From: Alphaproteobacteria bacterium
GTDB taxonomy: Bacteria > Pseudomonadota > Alphaproteobacteria > Bin95
NCBI GenBank assembly: GCA_964291285.2
Contig: OZ219787.1
Coordinates: 2,016,001-2,080,000, forward strand
Length of the DNA stretch: 64,000 nt
Direction: 5' to 3'
In this document: positions 58,351-64,000 of the stretch, one piece after another
Numbering within the stretch: the stretch's first letter is position 1
Layout of the letters: each line of letters opens with the position of its first letter
The notes under the pieces: generated by a model
Told to the model about the DNA's origin: nothing
Databases searched by the model: none
The model's input: the letters and a program-made list of their open reading frames with translations, nothing else
Position numbers and translations under genes: made by a program

Positions 58351-59106
58351 ATGAAGTTTGGTTTCCTTTCCATTACCGTGGCGTTCCTTTGCCTTTTCAT
58401 CTCCCCGATATATTCCGCGGAACTGACCGATATGCCGGCGGGCAGCAAGGTTGAGAATGTCGTAGCCATAGGGAAGAGCCAAATCCCTCTGCCCAAGGGA
58501 GAATGGGAACTATTGGCGGCACACAATTGGAGGCGGGGTGGTCTCGGGAAGATTGGGGAAGCTGTCTTGAGCCAGGATTCTGGCGAATCCGGGTTTCATT
58601 TTGCCTTCATTCGAGGCAATGTAGAACTGTCCAGTTGCCGAGGGTGGAAGCGGTGGAACAGGTTGTGCGACCGGAAGGACACGCACCATAATTCATCGGA
58701 CAGAAACTATAATCCCAAGGATGCAAGCTGCTGGAATCTCAATCATCGCGTAATGTCCTCGTACAAAAATCCCAAATCTGAATTTCAGAAAAAAATAAAC
58801 CTTGCAATCAAAGAACGACGAATGGCAGGGGTTACATATATCAGAAATGAATTCTTCAAGTCGAGCAGATGTCATTTTGTCGTGGCCATGTATTATTCCG
58901 ATCCTGAACATTTCGGCTTTCCTCTGGAGAAAAGCGGGTGGACAAACAACGCTTGGCATAGAGACCGCCTCAATGAAGACCCACGGCGTGAAAAATTCGT
59001 CGCCGCGGCTAAAGAGGCCGGCCAGCGTCTGCAGGACGCAGTCGAGAAAGGTTTCGAGCGGGAACTCGACAGTTGGACTTCGGATATAGCGCTGAAATTC
59101 GAATAG
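58351..59106 (+). CDS. Hypothetical secreted protein, low GC
   Basis: Signal peptide MKFGFLSITVAFLCLFISPIYSA, QIPLPKGEW, four mature-chain Cys, AT-rich codons. Confidence 0.75.
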   Translation: MKFGFLSITVAFLCLFISPIYSAELTDMPAGSKVENVVAIGKSQIPLPKGEWELLAAHNWRRGGLGKIGEAVLSQDSGESGFHFAFIRGNVELSSCRGWKRWNRLCDRKDTHHNSSDRNYNPKDASCWNLNHRVMSSYKNPKSEFQKKINLAIKERRMAGVTYIRNEFFKSSRCHFVVAMYYSDPEHFGFPLEKSGWTNNAWHRDRLNEDPRREKFVAAAKEAGQRLQDAVEKGFERELDSWTSDIALKFE

Positions 59107-59461
59107 CGGCTTCACGGAGCCACTCTTCCATCGCGGTTTCCAGCGCGGCGCGCACGAAATCGGCGCGCGGAGCGGAAGGCCCTCCAAGAGGATGGCGACC
59201 CGCTTTCGCCGCCATCCTCGAACACACCGACATCACCACGACCGCGATCTAGGGGTCCGTTCCGGTAGGGGGCGAAATCCTGCGCTCTCATGAGCGCAAT
59301 CGGGTTTCCCGAGCGTGCTGAGCCTATCCCGCCTGGGCGGGACGGTCAAAATGTTGAGCCTGTGCATGGCGCCGGAGACGGCAATCCGAACCGATGGTTG
59401 TCATACTCTCATTCGCGGGTTGGTTACCGCCTGACCTTGTCCGATGCGGGCTTGCCTCTCT

Positions 59462-59620
59462 CTAAGAACGGATATCTGTCCCCACGTACGCCGAGGGTTC
59501 GCTCATCACGCCGGGAGCCAGGAACACGATGGCGACCCAGGATGCCGCGGCCAGAAACACGCTGACCCACCACGGAACCCAAACAAGGAGCTCCAGCAGG
59601 CCCTCTCTCCGCCGTGCCAT
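59462..59620 (-). pseudogene. Truncated membrane-anchor ORF resembling the N-terminus of Mrr-type restriction endonucleases
   Basis: RBS GGAGG. MARRREGLLELLVWVPWWVSVFLAAASWVAI, 52 aa. Confidence 0.4.
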
Positions 59621-61290
59621 CTGCCGAACCTCCACCAGCCCCGCGGATCACGCGACCGCCGCCAGCGCCCGCTCCTTCCGGATCACATACGGGTTCGGGT
59701 CCGCCAGCTCCGCCACGCCAGGCAGCATCCAGTGACGCGCATGCCTCAGACGGAGCACGTCCCGGGGCATGTCCTTCGGCGACGCGATGACGAACTGGTC
59801 GTCCGGACCCATCGACAGGATTTCGTCGGCCGGAACCAGCTGTTCCTTCACCACCGACAGCGACTCCTGGATCGACCCCTGCCCCTCGGGCAGCAATGTC
59901 GCTTCCCTGACCTGCCCCGACCGACTCTCGCTCCGGTTCTCGAAGGTCGCGGCGCCGATCGCCTTGGACAGAACCTCCGCCCCCTCCACATCCATCCGCG
60001 GCCATCCGAGAATCTGGACCACTTCCGCGAGGTGCATCAGCGTCTTCCTGGAATCCCCTCCCCAGGTCTCGTCCAGCGCGGACACCGACTGCGCGAAGGT
60101 CCAGAAATGGACGCCCTTGCCCGCAGCCAGGTTGTAGCCGTCCATCACGGGCTGCAGATGACCCAGCGCCGGCAGCTCGTCGATGACGACGAGCATCTCG
60201 CGCTGCATCGCCCGCCGGGACGCCACCGCATAGGGGATCGAGATCCACAGTCGGAGCCAGCCCTTCACCAGGCCTGTCATCTCGTCCGGCACGACCACGA
60301 ACACGTCCATGTCGCCATTCGCCAGGTCCAGCGGATCGAAACTCGACGAGCTCGTATGCGCCGCGATCTCCGGATAGTTCAGGAACGAGAGCTGGTTGGA
60401 CACCGTGGTGAAGTTCGAGCCGCCTTCCTCCTTGCCCACGCGCCTGGACCGCTCCATCGCAAGATGCATCAGCCCCCCGCAGAACGGGTCGGTCGCTTCC
60501 ACCCGCGCGAAAAACTCGTCCCGCGCATCGTTGCCGAGCGACAGCAGCTCGTAGAGCGTCTTCAGGTTCCGTCGGTCCGGCGGCATCTTGAACCTGACCC
60601 AGGACAGGTAGCCGTTTATCAGCGAGCGCGCGGACTCGTAGAAATGCTTGGAGTTGCCGCCGTCGCTCTTCGGCCGTTCCATCAGCGCCTCGACCAGGAC
60701 GCCGATATCGCGGACCGCCTCGTCACCCTCGCGGATGAAATCCAGCGGGTTGTAGGTATCGCTCTTCCAGACCGGCAGATGCAGCACGGCGCCCTCGCCG
60801 AAATCCGCCTCTCCGCCCTCGAGGCCGCGATGCCGTGCCACCATGCCGAACGGATCGAGCAGGATCGGTCGGCGCCCGAGCGAACGCCGGCGGCGGGCGA
60901 CGATCGGGAACAGCTCGCCCCTCGGATCGATCACCACCGTGGAGCCCGGCCACCCACGCTCCTGCGGAGACAGGTAGTTCAACGCGATCGTCGCGCCCTT
61001 GCCGGTCCTGGGCGGCGCGAACGTCATCGCCGAGCCCTCCAGCGGATAGGCAATCAGCCCGTCACGGCTCTGTCCGAGCATCACCCCCTGGTTCTTCGCC
61101 AGACCCCGAAGCCAGCGCCGCTCCAGGAACTTCGCCTTTCCGAAAAGCTCGGACTCCGCCTTCTTCCGCCCCCTTTCACCGGCAATGCGCTTCACCGTCG
61201 TCCGGGCTGCCTGTCCCAGTATGTTCACCACGACGAAGGCCCCAGCCAAGGGGAGCAGATGGACACAAACCATCTCCCAGCTTTCTCCCA

Positions 61291-62742
61291 GATCGTGCCC
61301 CCGCGGGTGGTGTAAGAGCCTGGCGTCCGTAGCGGTGTCCGGCGGGTAGGGCCGGAACGCTCAGGCTGCCACGGCGGGCAACTTGACGGTTGTATTGTCG
61401 CTCACGGGAGCGATGGATTCCAGCGTCATGTATCTGGCTCTCTGGACTGCCCATTCATCGTTCTGCTCGAGCAGGATTGCGCCGATCAGCCGGGTGATGG
61501 CGTCCTCGTTGGGGAAGATGCCGACGGTGTTTGTGCGCCGCTTGATCTCGCCGTGGAGGCGTTCGAGCGGGTTTGTCGAGTGCAGCTTGGCGCGGTGCGC
61601 GGCCGGGAAGGTCATGTAGGCGAGAACATCGTGCTCGGCCTCGTCCATGATGGCGGCGAGCTTTGGCGCCTTGGGCCTGAGCTGGTCGGCGACCTGGCGC
61701 CACTGGGCGGAGGCGCTGTCTGCATCCTCCTGGGCGAAGGCGGTAGTGACGAAGGCGGAGACGACGCGCCGGCCCTGCTTGCCGGCATGGGCGAGCAGGT
61801 TGCGCATGAAGTGGACGCGGCATCTCTGCCAGGTGGCGCCGAAGATGCGGGTGGCGGCGGCCTTCAGGCCCTTGTGGTCGTCGGAGATCACCAGCTTGAC
61901 GCCGCGCAGGCCGCGGCGGGCGAGCGAGCGCAGGAAGTCGGTCCAGAAGGTCTCGGCCTCGGACGCGCCGATCGCCATGCCGAGCACCTCGCGCCGGCCC
62001 TGATCGTTGACCGCCACCGCGATGGTGACCGCGACCGAGACGACGCGCCCGGCCTCGCGCATCTTCACATAGGTCGCGTCAAGCCAGAGATACGGCCAGT
62101 CGCCCTCCAGCGGCCGGTCGAGGAAGTCGCGGATCTTGTCGTCGATCTCGCCGCACAGCCGCGACACCTGGCTCTTGGAGATGCCCGACATGCCCATCGC
62201 CTGCACCAGGTCGTCCACCGAGCGGGTCGATACGCCCTTGATGTAGGCCTCCTGGATCACCGCCGTCAGCGCCTTCTCCGCCATCCGCCGCGGTTCAAGG
62301 AAGCCCGGGAAGTAGCTCCCCTTGCGCAGCTTCGGGATCTTCAGTTCGACCGTGCCGGCCCGCGTCTCCCAGACCCGGTCCCGGTAGCCGTTGCGCTGCG
62401 TGATCCGGTCCGGCGAGCGCTCGCCGTGCGCGGCGCCCGCAAGGCCCTCAACCTCAAGCGCCATCAGACGCGCGGCCGTGAACCCGATCATCTCGCGAAG
62501 CAGGTCGGCGTCGGAACTCTTCTCCAACAGCGCCCGCAGGGTCATCATGTCGGTGGTGGTCATCGTGGTACTCCTCCGGTCAGGTGGACTGTGACAGCCC
62601 AACCCTAACCGGCACCGCGATGGCCTCCGCTGTGGGTAAGTGGCCCGCCGCCGCCTGACTCCAGACGGTCGCGGCGGCGGGCCACTTACCCACAGCTACC
62701 ACCGGAAGCTTCAGCTCCTACACCACCCCTGGGGACACGACC
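61291..62742 (-). mobile_element. IS256 family element
   Basis: Imperfect TIRs gatcgtgcccccgcgggtggtgtaagagc / gctcctacaccacccctggggacacgacc. 8-bp TSD TTCTCCCA at 61283-61290 and 62743-62750. Confidence 0.92.
61361..62563 (-). CDS. IS256 family transposase
   Basis: [59 protein letters not shown]. Confidence 0.96.
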   Translation of the reverse strand: MTTTDMMTLRALLEKSSDADLLREMIGFTAARLMALEVEGLAGAAHGERSPDRITQRNGYRDRVWETRAGTVELKIPKLRKGSYFPGFLEPRRMAEKALTAVIQEAYIKGVSTRSVDDLVQAMGMSGISKSQVSRLCGEIDDKIRDFLDRPLEGDWPYLWLDATYVKMREAGRVVSVAVTIAVAVNDQGRREVLGMAIGASEAETFWTDFLRSLARRGLRGVKLVISDDHKGLKAAATRIFGATWQRCRVHFMRNLLAHAGKQGRRVVSAFVTTAFAQEDADSASAQWRQVADQLRPKAPKLAAIMDEAEHDVLAYMTFPAAHRAKLHSTNPLERLHGEIKRRTNTVGIFPNEDAITRLIGAILLEQNDEWAVQRARYMTLESIAPVSDNTTVKLPAVAA

Positions 62743-63137
62743 TTCTCCCAGCCTGTCCCAGGCCGCACCGCGAAGCCGGAGGAGTCCTCCCCATATCCGG
62801 GACTCGATCATGTACACCCACGCACCGCCCGACATGACGAACGCCATGCCGAGCCCCAGCCCGAAACTCCGCACCTCGCCGGCACGCGACCGCCCGCAGA
62901 AGCACCAGGCCACCAGCCCGCCAACAAGCACCGCCAGAAGCAGTCTCGCAGCCATGTCCGCTTCCGGCCTTCCCGCAACCAGCCAGACCCCAACGCCAAG
63001 ACCGAGCGCCGTAAAGACGCCCGCCACACCGAAGCCCTTCCACCTGTCGCCCATCAGACGCTCCTTTCAACCCGGTTCCGTTCATCGCCCGGAAGCGCGA
63101 CAATCGGGCCGATCCGCCCGATTCTGGACTAAGCCGC

Positions 63138-63998
63138 CTAGCCCCCGACCGGCCCGCCTGCACCGGGCCTGTTGCGCACACCCGCGCCGAAACGGCTCGG
63201 CGCGACCCCGCCGAGCCGTCCCGTGCTGCCGGTCGCCACCCCGATCATCCGATCGGCCTCGCTCATGCCCGAGGCGCGGCCGCCTATCCAATTCATGACC
63301 GCGTCCGGCAGCATCTCGATCAGCTTCAATGATGCGTTCAGCAGCCCGTAGGCGATCATCACGTAGAGCGCGACAAACACCGCATACTGGATAATTCCGG
63401 GTCCGATCTCGCCGGCGCTCTCCCGCATCTGCGTCAGCCAGATCGCATTGAAGAGCTCGATGACGACGGTGAAGACGAGATAACCGACGATCAGTCCGAA
63501 GATCATCAGCGGCGGCCTCAGAACCACGCCTGCCAGCGTCACCAGGCCCCCGACCGTCGAATTCGTGGTCAGGCCGCTCCCCTCCGTTCGCGCCGTCTGG
63601 GCCGCAAGCCAGACGGTCATGGCGATAAATGCCTCGACCACGGCCAGGATCCAGACCAGCAGTCCGAACAGGAACCGGATGAAGGGCAGCGCCGGTACCA
63701 GATAGGCCAGCACCGCCCCGCCGATCAGAAGGGCCATCAGCACCATCGTCACGATGCCGTCGATCACCGGCCAGGTCGCCTCGAAGAGATCGGCCTTCAG
63801 CGAAAACCCGAGAGCCTGCACGTCGCCCAGGTTCGACACCGCCGCAACACTCATCAACGTGCCCGACGTCACCAGAACGCCGGTCACGAGGTTGTGCCCG
63901 ACCGCCGCCAATTCGGAGATCGGATTGTCCCCCTCCACGTCGAGCACATCCTCGAAGGAGAACATCACCGTGTAGAACAGCTGGCTCAGCATGCTGCC
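63138..63998 (-). CDS. DotA/TraY family membrane protein, C-terminal part (5' partial)
   Basis: GAVLAYLVPALPFIRFLFGLLVWILAVVEAFIA, LRPPLMIFG, LKLIEMLPDAVMNWIGG. Confidence 0.78.
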   Translation of the reverse strand, partial: GSMLSQLFYTVMFSFEDVLDVEGDNPISELAAVGHNLVTGVLVTSGTLMSVAAVSNLGDVQALGFSLKADLFEATWPVIDGIVTMVLMALLIGGAVLAYLVPALPFIRFLFGLLVWILAVVEAFIAMTVWLAAQTARTEGSGLTTNSTVGGLVTLAGVVLRPPLMIFGLIVGYLVFTVVIELFNAIWLTQMRESAGEIGPGIIQYAVFVALYVMIAYGLLNASLKLIEMLPDAVMNWIGGRASGMSEADRMIGVATGSTGRLGGVAPSRFGAGVRNRPGAGGPVGG

Positions 63999-64000
63999 CG

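Larger units (their letters stand above)
59648..63054 (-). pseudogene. VirD4/TraG-like type IV coupling protein interrupted by IS256
   Basis: FAPPRTGKGA, VVIDPRGE, YNPLDFI, VVIDELPALG, FAQSVSAL. The N-terminal TM part (63054-62743) joins in frame (..RLGE-SWEMVCV..) after IS removal. Confidence 0.88.

Noticed and set aside
59009-59239. Ribbon-helix-helix-like snippet RADFVRAALETAM
   Set aside because: Too short, has no convincing start, and overlaps the end of the secreted-protein gene.

Overview
GC-rich alphaproteobacterial chromosome segment, probably Rhodospirillales-like (inferred from gene order and content: serS-pcm-nlpD, ilvE/ompR-envZ, der-bamB-yfgM, DUF2794, ATP12, pccB). Bases 1-51.5 kb are mostly housekeeping and catabolic genes. 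Scattered among them are small accessory cassettes. Two related cassettes (about 1.8-2.8 kb and 49.7-50.2 kb) share a conserved hairpin leader and TGTCATG arrays with 10-bp spacing, but carry different small-terminase-like ORFs. An IS630-type HTH gene sits behind a perfect alphaproteobacterial LexA box, and a Fic gene is bracketed by 19-bp direct repeats. From about 51.6 kb to the end is a decaying mobile island. It holds an IS5, a Zn-ribbon ORF flanked by hairpin clusters, IS1380 nested inside IS1595 inside a gntR gene (both TSDs resolved), an IS66 remnant, a low-GC secreted protein, a VirD4-type coupling protein split by IS256, and a DotA/TraY-family gene. I saw no rRNA, tRNA or CRISPR array. 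All family assignments come from motif recognition by eye, not database searches.
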